Below, piece after piece: positions 10,801 to 23,781 of a stretch of DNA of 64,000 bases (positions within the stretch are counted from its first letter, which is position 1; the number at the start of each line of letters is the position of its first letter). The position numbers were made by a program, and so were the translations under genes. A model generated the notes under the pieces. That model was not told the origin of the DNA. It did not search any database and saw only the letters and a list, made by a program, of their open reading frames with translations. Location of the stretch: positions 116,836 through 180,835 of the forward strand of contig NW_027437435.1 of assembly GCF_964204645.1 (NCBI RefSeq). Direction: 5' to 3'. The DNA is from Tubulanus polymorphus. Lineage: Eukaryota > Animalia > Nemertea.

Positions 10801-13800
10801 TTTTCGACGCGAAAACGTCGTTCAGCGCGAGAAAAGACGTTTTCTTATCGAATATTCCCCCTATCGGAAAAACGACAATGCCGATGCGTAAAAGCGCTCA
10901 AATCGTCAGGAAAAGCACTTTTCGACGCGAAAACGTCGTTCGGCGCGAGAAAAGACGTTTTCGTATCGAATATTCCCCCTATCGGAAAAACGAATATGCC
11001 GATGCGTAAAAGCGCTCAAATCGTCTGGAAAAGCACTTTTCGACGCGAAAACGTCGTTCAGCGCGAGAAAAGACGTTTTCGTATCGAATATTCCCCCTAT
11101 CGGAAAAACGACAATGTCGATGCGTAAAAGCGCTCAAATCGTCAGGTAAAGCACTTTTCGACGCGAAAACGTCGCTCAGCGCGAGAAAAGACGTTTTCTT
11201 TTCGAATATTCCCCCTATCGGAAAAACGACAATGTCGATGCGTAAAAGCGCTCAAATCGTCAGGAAAAGCACTTTTCGACGCGAAAACGTCGTTCGGCGC
11301 GAGAAAAGACGTTTTCGTATCGAATATTCCCCCTATCGGAAAAACGACAATGCCGATGCGTAAAAGCGCTCAAATCGTCAGGAAAAGCACTTTTCGACGC
11401 GAAAACGTCGTTCAGCGCGAGAAAAGACGTTTTCTTTTCGAATATTCCCCCTATCGGAAAAACGACAATGCCGATGCGTAAAAGCGCTCAAATCGTCAGG
11501 AAAAGCACTTTTCGACGCGAAAACGTCGCTCAGCGCGAGAAAAGACGTTTTCGTGTCGAATATTCTCCCTATCGGTAAAACGACAATGTCGATGCGTAAA
11601 AGCGCTCATATCGTCAGGAAAAGCACTTTTCGACGCGAAAACGTCGTTCGGCGCGAGAAAAGACGTTTTCGTATCGAATATTCCCCCTATCGGAAAAACG
11701 ACAATGCCGATGCGTAAAAGCGCTCAAATCGTCAGGAAAAGCACTTTTCGACCCGAAAACGTCGTTCGGCGCGAGAAAAGACGTTTTCGTATCGAATATT
11801 CCCCCTATCGGAAAAACGACAATGCCGATGCGTAAAAGCGCTCAAATCGTCTGGAAAAGCACTTTTCGACGCGAAAACGTCGTTCGGCGCGAGAAAAGAC
11901 GTTTTCGTATCGAATATTCCCCCTATCGGAAAAACGACAATGTCGATGCGTAAAAGCGCTCAAATCGTCAGGAAAAGCACTTTTCGACGCGAAAACGTCG
12001 TTCAGCGCGAGAAAAGACGTTTTCGTATCGAATATTCTCACTATCGGTAAAACGACAATGTCGATGCGTAAAAGCGCTCAAATCGTCAGGAAAAGCACTT
12101 TTCGACGCGAAAACGTCGTTTAGCGCGAGAAAAGACGTTTTCGTGTCGAATATTCTCCCTATCGGTAAAACGACAATGTCGATGCGTAAAAGCGCTCAAA
12201 TCGTCAGGAAAAGCACTTTTCGACGCGAAAACGTCGTTCAGCGCGAGAAAAGACCTTTTCGTATCGAATATTCCCCCTATCGGAAAAACGACAATGTCGA
12301 TGCGTAAAAGCGCTCAAATCGTCAGGAAAAGCACTTTTCGACGCGAAAACGTCGTTCAGCGCGAGAAAAGACCTTTTCGTATCGAATATTCCCCCTATCG
12401 GAAAAACGACAATGTCGATGCGTAAAAGCGCTCAAATCGTCAAGAAAAGCACTTTTCGACGCGAAAACGTCGTTCGGCGCGAGAAAAGACGTTTTCGTAT
12501 CGAATATTCCCCCTATCGGAAAAACGACAATGTCGATGCGTAAAAGCGCTCAAATCGTCAGGAAAAGCACTTTTCGACCCGAAAACGTCGTTCAGCGCGA
12601 GAAAAGTCGTTTTCGTATTGAATATTCTCACTATCGGTAAAACGACAATGTCGATGCGTAAAAGCGCTCAAATCGTCAGGAAAAGCACTTTTCGACGCGA
12701 AAACGTCGCTCAGCGCGAGAAAAGACGTTTTCTTTTCGAATATTCCCCCTATCGGAAAAACGACAATGTCGATGCGTAAAAGCGCTCAAATCGTCAGGAA
12801 AAGCCCTTTTCGACGCGAAAACGTCGTTCGGCGCGAGAAAAGACGTTTTCGTATCGAATATTCCCCCTATCGGAAAAACGACAATGCCGATGCGTAAAAG
12901 CGCTCAAATCGTCTGGAAAAGCACTTTTCGACGCGAAAACGTCGTTCAGCGCGAGAAAAGACGTTTTCTTTTCGAATATTCCCCCTATCGGAAAAACGAC
13001 AATGCCGATGCGTAAAAGCGCTCAAATCGTCAGGAAAAGCACTTTTCGACGCGAAAACGTCGTTCAGCGCGAGAAAAGACGTTTTCGTATCGAATATTCT
13101 CACTATCGGTAAAACGACAATGTCGATGCGTAAAAGCGCTCAAATCGTCAGGAAAAGCACTTTTCGACGCGAAAACGTCGTTTAGCGCGAGAAAAGACGT
13201 TTTCGTGTCGAATATTCTCCCTATCGGTAAAACGACAATGTCGATGCGTAAAAGCGCTCAAATCGTCAGGAAAAGCACTTTTCGACGCGAAAACGTCGTT
13301 CAGCGCGAGAAAAGTCCTTTTCGTATCGAATATTCCCCCTATCGGAAAAACGACAATGTCGATGCGTAAAAGCGCTCAAATCGTCAGGAAAAGCACTTTT
13401 CGACCCGAAAACGTCGTTCAGCGCGAGAAAAGTCGTTTTCGTATCGAATATTCTCACTATCGGTAAAACGACAATGTCGATGCGTAAAAGCGCTCAAATC
13501 GTCAGGAAAAGCACTTTTCGACGCGAAAACGTCGCTCAGCGCGAGAAAAGACGTTTTCTTTTCGAATATTCCCCCTATCGGAAAAACGACAATGTCGATG
13601 CGTAAAAGCGCTCAAATCGTCAGGAAAAGCCCTTTTCGACGCGAAAACGTCGTTCAGCGCGAGAAAAGTCGTTTTCGTATTGAATATTCTCACTATCGGT
13701 AAAACGACAATGTCGATGCGTAAAAGCGCTCAAATCGTCAGGAAAAGCACTTTTCGACGCGAAAACGTCGCTCAGCGCGAGAAAAGACGTTTTCTTTTCG

Positions 13801-16800
13801 AATATTCCCCCTATCGGAAAAACGACAATGTCGATGCGTAAAAGCGCTCAAATCGTCAGGAAAAGCCCTTTTCGACGCGAAAACGTCGTTCGGCGCGAGA
13901 AAAGACGTTTTCGTATCGAATATTCCCCCTATCGGAAAAACGACAATGCCGATGCGTAAAAGCGCTCAAATCGTCAGGAAAAGCACTTTTCGACGCGAAA
14001 ACGTCGTTCAGCGCGAGAAAAGACGTTTTCTTTTCGAATATTCCCCCTATCGGAAAAACGACAATGCCGATGCGTAAAAGCGCTCAAATCGTCAGGAAAA
14101 GCACTTTTCGACGCGAAAACGTCGCTCAGCGCGAGAAAAGACGTTTTCGTGTCGAATATTCTCCCTATCGGTAAAACGACAATGTCGATGCGTAAAAGCG
14201 CTCATATCGTCAGGAAAAGCACTTTTCGACGCGAAAACGTCGTTCAGCGCAAGAAAAGACATTTTCTTTTCGAATATTCCCCCTATCGGAAAAACGACAA
14301 TGTCGATGCGTAAAAGCGCTCAAATCGTCAGGAAAAGCACTTTTCGACGCGAAAACGTCGTTCAGCGCGAGAAAAGACGTTTTCTTATCGAATATTCCCC
14401 CTATCGGAAAACGACAATGCCGATGCGCAAAAGCGCTCAAATCGTCAGGAAAAGCACTTTTCGACGCGAAAACGTCGTTAAGCGCGAGAAAAGACGTTTT
14501 CGTATCGAATATTCCCCCTATCGGAAAAACGACAATGCCGATGCGTAAAAGCGCTCAAATCGTCTGGAAAAGCACTTTTCGACGCGAAAACGTCGTTCAG
14601 CGCGAGAAAAGACGTTTTCTTTTCGAATATTCCCCCTATCGGAAAAACGACAATGTCGATGCGTAAAAGCGCTCAAATCGTCAGGAAAAGCACTTTTCGA
14701 CGCGAAAACGTCGTTCAGCGCGAGAAAAGACGTTGTCGTGTCGAATATTCTCCCTATCGGTAAAACGACAATGTCGATGCGTAAAAGCGCTCAAATCGTC
14801 AGGAAAAGCGCTTTTCGACGCGAAAACGTAGTTCAGCGCGAGAAAAGACGTTTTCTTATCAAATATTCCCCCTATCGGAAAAACGACAATGTCGATGCGT
14901 AAAAGCGCTCAAATCGTCAGGAAAAGCACTTTTCGACGCGAAAACGTCGTTCAGCGCGAGAAAAGACGTTTTCGTATCGAATATTCTCACTATCGGTAAA
15001 ACGACAATGTCGATGCGTAAAAGCGCTCAAATCGTCAGGAAAAGCACTTTTCGACGCGAAAACGTCGCTCAGCGCGAGAAAACCCGTTTTCTTTTCGAAT
15101 ATTCCCGCTATCGGAAAAACGACAATGCCGATGCGTAAAAGCGCTCAAATCGTCAGGAAAAGCACTTTTCGACGCAAAAACGTCGCTCAGCGCGAGAAAA
15201 GACGTTTTCTTTTCGAATATTCCCCCTATCGGAAAAACGACAATGCCGATGCGTAAAAGCGCTCAAATCGTCAGGAAAAGCACTTTTCGACGCGAAAACG
15301 TCGCTCAGCGCGAGAAAAAACGTTTTCTTTTCGAATATTCCCCCTATCGGAAAAACGACAATGCCGATGCGTAAAAGCGCTCAAATCGTCAGGAAAAGCA
15401 CTTTTCGACGCGAAAACGTCGCTCGGCGCGAGAAAAGACGTTTTCTTTTCGAATATTCCCCCTATCGGAAAAACGACAATGCCGATGCGTAAAAGCGCTC
15501 AAATCGTCAGGAAAAGCACTTTTCGACGCGAAAACGTCGTTCGGCGCGAGAAAAGACGTTTTCGTATCGAATATTCCCCCTATCGGAAAAACGACAATGC
15601 CGATGCGTAAAAGCGCTCAAATCGTCAGGAAAAGCACTTTTCGACGCGAAAACGTCGTTCGGCGCGAGAAAAGACGTTTTCGTATCGAATATTCTCACTA
15701 TCGGTAAAACGACAATGCCGATGCGTAAAAAGCGCTCAAATCGTCAGGAAAAGCACTTTTCGACGCGAAAACGTAGTTCAGCGCGAGAAAAGACGTTTTC
15801 TTATCGAATATTCCCCCTATCGGAAAAACGACAATGTCGATGCGTAAAAGCGCTCAAATCGTCAGGAAAAGCACTTTTCGACGCGAAAACGTCGTTCGGC
15901 GCGTGAAAAGACGTTTTCGTATCGAATATTCTCCCTATCGGAAAAACGACAATGTCGATGCGTAAAAGCGCTCAAATCGTCAAGAAAAGCACTTTTCGAC
16001 GCGAAAACGTCGCTCAGCGCGAGAAAAGACGTTTTCGTGTCGAATATTCTCCCTATCGGTAAAACGACAATGTCGATGCGTAAAAGTGCTCAAATCGTCA
16101 GGAAAAGCACTTTTCGACGCGAAAACGTAGTTCAGCGCGAGAAAAGACGTTTCCTTATCAAATATTCCCCCTATCGGAAAAACGACAATGTCGATGCGTA
16201 AAAGCGCTCAAATCGTCAGGAAAAGCACTTTTCGACGCGAAAACGTCGTTCAGCGCGAGAAAAGACGTTTTCTTTTCGAATATTCCCCCTATCGGAAAAA
16301 CGACAATGCCGATGCGTAAAAGCGCTCAAATCGTCAGGAAAAGCACTTTTCGCCGCGAAAACGTCGTTCAGCGCGAGAAAAGACGTTTTCGTACCGAATA
16401 TTCTCACTATCTGTAAAACGACAATGTCGATGCGTAAAAGCGCTCAAATCGTCAGGAAAAGCACTTTTCGACGCGAAAACGTCGTTCGGCGCGAGAAAAG
16501 ACGTTTTCGTGTCGAATATTCTCCCTATCGGTAAAACGACAATGTCGATGCGTAAAAGCGCTCAAATCGTCAGGAAAAGCACTTTTCGACGCGAAAACGT
16601 AGTTCGGCGCGAGAAAAGACGTTTTCTTATCGAATATTCTCACTATCGGTAAAACGACAATGTCGATGCGTAAAAGCGCTCAAATCGTCAGGAAAAGCAC
16701 TTTTCGACGCGAAAACGTCGTTCAGCGCGAGAAAAGACGTTTTCGTGTCGAATATTCTCCCTATCGGTAAAACGACAATGTCGATGCGTAAAAGCGCTCA

Positions 16801-16905
16801 AATCGTCAGGAAAAGCACTTTTCGACGCGAAAACGTAGTTCAGCGCGAGAAAAGACGTTTTCTTATCGAATATTCCCCCTATCGGAAAAACGACAATGTC
16901 GATGC
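1883..16905 (+). repeat. 118-bp tandem satellite array, ~127 monomers, forward orientation
   Basis: Consensus AATATTCCCCCTATCGGAAAAACGACAATGTCGATGCGTAAAAGCGCTCAAATCGTCAGGAAAAGCACTTTTCGACGCGAAAACGTCGTTCAGCGCGAGAAAAGACGTTTTCGTATCG. Offsets between repeated spurious ORFs are multiples of 118. Confidence 0.98.
7306..14410 (+). repeat. Tandem duplication of a 3540-bp (30-monomer) higher-order unit
   Basis: Rare variants recur at +3540 (CGAATATGCC 7451/10991; CAGGTAAA ~7603/11143), as do ORF pairs 8265/11805, 8900/12440, 9327/12867 and 9962/13502. Confidence 0.92.
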
Positions 16906-18610
16906 GAAAAGTGCTTTTCTTGACGATTTGAGCGCTTTTACGCATCGACATTGTCGTTTTTCCGATAGGGGGAATATTCGATACGAAAACGTCTTTTCTC
17001 GCGCTGAGCGACGTTTTCGCGTCGAAAAGTGCTTTTCTTGACGATTTGAGCGCTTTTACGCATCGACATTGTCGTTTTTCCGATAGGGGGAATATTTGAT
17101 AAGAAAACGTCTTTTCTCGCGCTGAACTACGTTTTCGCGTCGAAAAGTGCTTTTCCTGACGATTTGAGCGCTTTTACGCATCGACATTGTCGTTTTACCG
17201 ATAGGGAGAATATTCGACACGAAAAGGTCTTTTCTCGCGCTAAACGACGTTTTCGCGTCGAAAAGTGCTTTTCCTGACGATTTGAACGCTTTTACGCATC
17301 GGCATTGTCGTTTTTACGATAGGGCGAATATTCGATACGAAAACGTCTTTTCTCGCGCTGAGCGACGTTTTCGCGTCGAAAAGTGCTTTTCCTGACGATT
17401 TGAGCGCTTTTACGCATCGACATTGTCGTTTTTCCGATAGGGGGAATATTCGATACGAAAACGTCTTTTCTCGCGCTGAACGACGTTTTCGCGTCGAAAA
17501 GTGCTTTTCCTGACGATTTGAGCGCTTTTACGCATCGACATTGTCGTTTTACCGATAGGGAGAATATTCGACACGAAAACGACTTTTCTCGCGCTGAGCG
17601 ACGTTTTCGCCTCGAAAAGTGCTTTTCCTGACGATTTGAGCGCTTTTACGCATCGGCATTGTCGTTTTTCCGATAGTGAGAATATTCGAAAAGAAAACGT
17701 CTTTTCTCGCGCTGAACGACGTTTTCGCGTCGAAAAGTGCTTTTCCAGACGATTTGAGCGCTTTTACGCATCGGCATTGTCGTTTTTCCGATAGGGGGAA
17801 TATTCGATACGAAAACGTCTTTTCTCGCGCCGAACGACGTTTTCGCGTCGAAAAGTGCTTTTCCTGACGATTTGAGCGCTTTTACTCATCGGCATTGTCG
17901 TTTTTCCGATAGGGGGAATATTCGATACGAAAACGTCTTTTCTCGCGCCGAACGACGTTTTCGCGTCGAAAAGTGCTTTTCCTGACGATTTGAGCGCTTT
18001 AACGCATCGACATTGTCGTTTTACCGATAGGGAGAATATTCGACACGAAAACGTCTTTTCTCGCGCTAAACGACGTTTTCGCGTCGAAAAGTGCTTTTCC
18101 TGACGATTTGAGCGCTTTTACGCATCGACATTGTCGTTTTTCCGATAGGGGGAATATTCGATACGAAAACGTCTTTTCTCGCGCTGAGCGACGTTTTCGC
18201 GTCGAAAAGTGCTTTTCCTGACGATTTGAGCGCTTTTACGCATCGACATTGTCGTTTTTCCGATAGGGGGAATATTCGATACGAAAACGTCTTTTCTCGC
18301 GCTAAACGACGTTTTCGCGTCGAAAAGTGCTTTTCCAGACGATTTGAGCGCTTTTACGCATCGGCATTGTCGTTTTTCCGATAGGGGGAATATTCGATAC
18401 GAAAACGTCTTTTCTCGCGCCGAACGAGGTTTTCGGGTCGAAAAGTGCTTTTCCTGACGATTTGAGCGCTTTTACGCATCGGCATTGTCGTTTTTCCGAT
18501 AGGGGGAATATTCGATACGAAAACGTCTTTTCTCGCGCCGAACGACGTTTTCGCGTCGAAAAGTGCTTTTCCTGACGATTTGAGCGCTTTTACGCATCGA
18601 CATTGTCGTT
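16906..18610 (-). repeat. 118-bp satellite, reverse orientation, ~14.5 monomers
   Basis: Reverse complement of the same monomer begins at ...GATGCG|AAAAGTGCTTTTC. Confidence 0.97.
18605..18610 (+). repeat. Left 6-bp target-site duplication GTCGTT
   Basis: GTCGTT|AGTAATT on the left and AATTACT|GTCGTT on the right. Removing the element and one copy restores an uninterrupted monomer. Confidence 0.95.
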
Positions 18611-18700
18611 AGTAATTAGAATATGTGGCTTTCATACCAGAGGACGAGAGGACGAGACACCACTCATCACCACAAGTAATTTTTTTTCCTAATAAATGGG
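18611..18700 (+). repeat. Left terminal inverted repeat (~90 bp), extending through the pPolB start codon
   Basis: Reverse complement of 34939-35058 apart from a ~30-bp duplication in the right copy. Confidence 0.95.
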
Positions 18701-21700
18701 GGAGAATGAACACCAACTAGAAAACAATAATGTCAATAAAAATCAATATTATTGTCAATATTGTAAAAAATACATCGATACATCTAATAAAACACGACAT
18801 GAAAAAACTGCAAATCATATAAAAAATGTAATAGATTTTGAAACTCCAGAAAATTCCAATGAAAGAAAAGAACGATTAGAAAATATGAATGTGAATGAAA
18901 TAAAATGTGAAGTTTGTGATGAATTTATAACAAAAAGGAATTATAATAGACATCTCGAAACAGAAAAATACCATCAAAATTTGAGAAATAATGTTTTAGG
19001 AATAGATTATTTTGATGATAAACCTCAACAAGTAAAAGAATCAACTTCAAAAACTAAATCCATTTCAAATAAACCTTACATGGAAAATGTTAGAAATTAT
19101 ATTGATTCACTAGAAATAAAAGATACAATTGAAATCTTAGAAACATTACATAGTAAAATTGGTCCTGCAGCTATTATATTTAGATTTTTTAAAGGTACAA
19201 CAATAGAAGATTATAGTAAATTTAATGAAATAATAGAAAAAATACTAGATTTGATAACAGATGTTGAATATCCAAAAATTAGTATCTCTGGGAAAGTAAG
19301 TTTTATAAAGTCAGAAGAAAAAATGAATTATAATATTCAAACACTCTCTGAAGAAATAATTTCAAAAACACAAATAAAAGAGAAGTTAGAAAAAATATTA
19401 AATGAATTTAAACGTCATATTGAAGAAAGATATTTTGAGGGTTCTGGCTTAACATTGAATGAAATTATATATTTAGATTTAAATGTTTATAATACAAAAA
19501 GGAATAAAACATCAAAAAGTAATAAAATGTTTAAAAATGATTCAAACACTTCAACAGAAAAGGATATGAAAGCATCAAGTTATATCAAATTACCGTTTAC
19601 AACAAAAGCAGTAATAAATATTCAAAATGAAGATAATAAATGTTTTCTATGGTCAATTATTAGTTGTTTACACCAAACAGAAGATATGACGCATAGTTTT
19701 AGAATAACAAATTACCAGAAATATGAAACATTATATAAAATTGATCAATATCCAGTAACTATCCAGTAACTAAAATGATTCCTAAAATAGAAAAAATTAA
19801 TAATTTAAAAATAAATGTATTCGAATTAATGCAATTACCAAAGACAAAAGGTGAAAATATTAAAGATTATACATTGGAAGCTTTATATTTAACAGAATAT
19901 TATGATGATGAAAATGCTATAGATTTGTTATATTATAAAAAAGATGAAAATGAACATTATATGTGGTAAAACAAATTGATTTATTCTTTAGAACGGAAAG
20001 TGATCATCATCGTAAAATTTATCTATGTAGAAAATGTTTATCTAAATTTATGACTGAGAATACATTATTAAAACATAAAGAATTATGTGATAATAAAGAT
20101 TTTTGTAAATTAATAATGCCAACAGAAAAAGATTATAAATTGAAATTTACTAATCATAAATTTAAGAATATTGTTCCATTTGTTCCATTTGTAATTTATG
20201 GGGATTTTGAATCGTTGAATAAAGAATTAACTGATCAAGATAGAAAAGAAATATATAACAAAAAGCAATTATTAAAATCAATGGATAAAGGAAATGAATT
20301 AAATGAAGACGCAACACAAGACCCACCAATTATAAATACAATTTAAAAAGTTCATCAAAGAGCTGCTGCTTATGGAATTTACATCAAATCAAATTATCCC
20401 GAATTATATGAAAGTCAATATATTTCTTTTAGAGGTGAAAATGTAGTTAATGATTTTTGTGATAAAATGATTGAATTAGAAAGTGATTTTACAAAATTAT
20501 TAAACAAAAATAAAAGAAAAGTTATGACAAAAGAAGATGAAATTGATTTTAATTATGCAACTCATTGTTGTTATTGTGAAAAACGTTTTTATTCATTTGA
20601 TAAAAGAGTTAGAGATCATGATCATTTGAATTCAAAATATCGTGGAGCTTCTCATGAAGATTGCAATTTACAAGCTAAAAAAGTAAATTTCGTACCAATA
20701 TTATTTCATAATTTATCAGGATATGATACCCATCTATTTATAAAACAATTATCGGGAAAATTGGGCGCAATTAATCAAGAAATAGAAGAATATAATGCTA
20801 TGAATGAAGCAAATGTAAGAAAATATGATTTTAAACTATTAGCTAAAACATCTGAAAATTATATTTCATTTCAATTTGGTTGCATTAGATTTTTAGATTC
20901 TTATAGATTTCTAGCAAGTTCATTAGATAATTTATCAAAAAGTTTAGTTGATAATGATTTTGTTATAACTCGATATTATTATCCAAATGAACAAGATTTT
21001 AAATTATTGAGATATAAAGGCGCAATTCCTTACTCATTTTATAAAACACACGATGATTTTAATGTAACAGAATTATTAAAAGATCAATTTTATGATCAAT
21101 TAAAAGAGGAGTATGTGAAAGACGAAGTGTTTAATAGAACATTAAATATTTGGAACCATTTTAAGATGAAAAATCATGGGGAATTAGTTGATTTATATTT
21201 AAAATCAGATGTTATGATATTGGCTGACATATTTGAAAAGTTTAGAGAAGTTAATCTAAACCATTTTAATGTTGACCCTTGTTATTGTTATTCAAGTCCT
21301 GGTTTAACCTGGCAATGTGGTTTAAAATATACAAATGTAGAATTAGATTTATTAAATGAACCAGATATGGTTTTATTATTTGAAAAATCAATTAGAGGTG
21401 GAATTAGTGGTGTTATGGGAGATAGGTATTTTAAAGCAAATGATGAATATAAATTATTATATATTGACGCCAATAATTTATATGGTTGGGCAATGATGCA
21501 ACCTCAACCATATACAAATTTTATATTAACAGAAGTTGAAAATGATGATAAAACTAATTGGGAAAGCGCAATTATGAGTTTAGAAGATGAAGCACCAATT
21601 GGTTATTTCTTTGTAGTTGATTTAGAATATCCTGATAACATAAAGTTTAAAACAAGAAACTTACCTTATTGCCCAGAACATTTAACTGTAGATGATAGTT

Positions 21701-23781
21701 ATTTAAGTGAATACCAGAAGAAAATAAAACCGAAAGATCATGTTTTTACAGAAAAATTAATACTTACTCAAAATAATAAATACAATTATATTGTTCATTA
21801 TAGAATGTTAAAATTTTATCTAAAACAAGGAATGAAATTAAAGAAAGTACATAGATATATTGAATTTAATCAATCGAAGTGGTTAGAAAAATATATAGAT
21901 TTCAATACTCAACAGAGAACAATATCAAAAACAGATTTTGAAAAAGATTTCTTCAAATTAATGAATAATAGTTTTTATGGTAAAACATGTGAAAATATTA
22001 GAAATAGAAATGATATTGAATTAGTAAATAATTCTGAACGATTGAGACACCTACAATCAAGTCCTAGACATTTAGGAAATAAAAGGTTTGAGGATTATTT
22101 GACCGCGGTAAAATTAAAAAGAACGTCAATGAAATTTAATAAACCTATTTTCATTGGTTCAACAGTTTTAGAAATATCAAAATTATTAATGTATAATTTT
22201 TATTATAATGTTTTACAACCATTGTTTGGGGAAAAACATATAGAAATTCTGTACTTCGATTCTGTAACGGCCGACACCCCAATATTATTAAAATGTAATA
22301 ATAAAATATTGGTAAGAAGAATTTCAGAAATAATTCCAAAACAAAATGAATGTTATATTTCATATGGAGAAAAAGAATTAATACAAATAAATGGATTAAT
22401 GGATGTTTGGACAAGAAATGGATGGAAAAAATTAAAGAATATTATTAGGCATAAAACAAATAAGAAAATCTATAGAGTTAGAACTAAATTAGGATTCGTA
22501 GATGTTACTGAAGACCATAGTTTAATTAAACGAAATGGTGATGAAATAAAACCAACTGATATAAAAATTGGAGATGAATTATTACATAAAAGATTTTTCC
22601 AAAGAATGAATCTTAAGTCATTTGATGAAATAATTGATAATATTTATAATATAGAACCTGAAACATTAGAAGAAAAAGAATATTTTATCAAAGGATTTTT
22701 CATGGGTGACGGTTCAGCAGGTGTGTATAAATATGTTTGGGGTAATAAATATTGTTGGTATTTATGCAATCAAGACTTAAAATTATTAGAAAGAATTAAG
22801 AAATTTTGCGAAGAAGTTTATTCACATAAAACATTTAGAATCATGGATGTTATGAAATCATCAGCAGTTTATAGAATACTTGTAAATAATCCTAAAGATT
22901 TTGCTATAGAATATAATGATGAATTCTATATTCATGCAATAGTGAAAAGTAATACTTCAACTAAAGAAAAAATAGTACCAGATTATATATTAAATTCAGA
23001 ATATAATCTTAGAAAATGGTTCTTCATTGGGTTCTACGCAGTCGATGGTACTAAAAAATTTACAAAGGATAAAAAGATAACCTTTACACAGAAAGGAAAA
23101 GTTGCGATATCAGGGTTAAATATATTATGTAATTCATTAGGTTTCAATATGAATATTGGATTGATTAAATCTAAACCAAATTGCTTTAATCTAAGCCACA
23201 CAGAAAAAGATTTAACTGAAGAAGTTAAAGATTTATTTGAAATATATAACCCAACTGACTATGTTTATGATTTATCAACAGATGATGGAACATTCAATTC
23301 TGGGTTCCCATTAATCCAAAAAAATACTGATGCGTACATACTAAAAATGAAGACAAATGACATAACGAAAGACTTAAAAACATTAAAACATCATTTTGAT
23401 TTTAGCAATTATGCTAAAGATCATGAACTATTTAGCAATGATAATAAAAAGATTCCTGGTAAATTTAAAGATGAATTAGGGGGTGATGAAATGATTGAAT
23501 TTGTTGGGATAAGAAGTAAAATGTATAGTTACAGAACAAAAGATCACGAAGCTAAAAAGTTAAAAGGAATAACAAAACATGTGGTTGATAAACATATAGA
23601 ATTTCAAGATTATATAAAGTGTTTATATAAATCAATTGTAATGAAACACAAGATGAATTGTTTAAGATCAGAAGATCATGAGATGTACATTAATGAAGTT
23701 GAAAAAACTAGTTTGAATCCATTTGATGATAAAAGGCATATTTCAGATGATGGTATAAAAACATTACCTTATGGTTATTAA
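18696..23781 (+). pseudogene. polB: Protein-primed family B DNA polymerase polyprotein (zinc fingers, putative terminal protein, OTU-like protease, exonuclease with EndoVII-like insert, polymerase with intein), disrupted
   Basis: Motifs IYGDFES (ExoI), FHNLSGYD (ExoII), YLKSDV (ExoIII), YIDANNLYG (A), KLMNNSFYGK (B), YFD|TD (C), GKFKDE, KMY and KLKGI. Split into four ORFs by an 11-bp duplication (19749-19770), a 1-bp deletion (~19967) and an in-frame TAA (20344-20346). Confidence 0.95.
22261..23325 (+). mobile_element. Intein (355 aa) with LAGLIDADG homing endonuclease, in pPolB motif C
   Basis: LYFD|SVTADTPI...IQKN|TDA; block B VTEDH; two LAGLIDADG-like motifs IKGFFMGDG and FIGFYAVDG; block F VYDLST. 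Confidence 0.95.

Noticed and set aside
1883-16905. Possible CRISPR-like or integron-like array
   Set aside because: No unique spacers; monomers differ only at a few recurrent positions; no cas genes.
1937-17867. Dozens of 60-115-aa ORFs in the left satellite
   Set aside because: They are translations of the 118-bp monomer (not a multiple of 3), mostly with GTG/TTG starts, and occur on both strands.
19741-19990. Programmed frameshifts or introns explaining the polB breaks
   Set aside because: The breaks are explained by an exact 11-bp duplication and a 1-bp deletion in a conserved motif; no slippery site or room for an intron.
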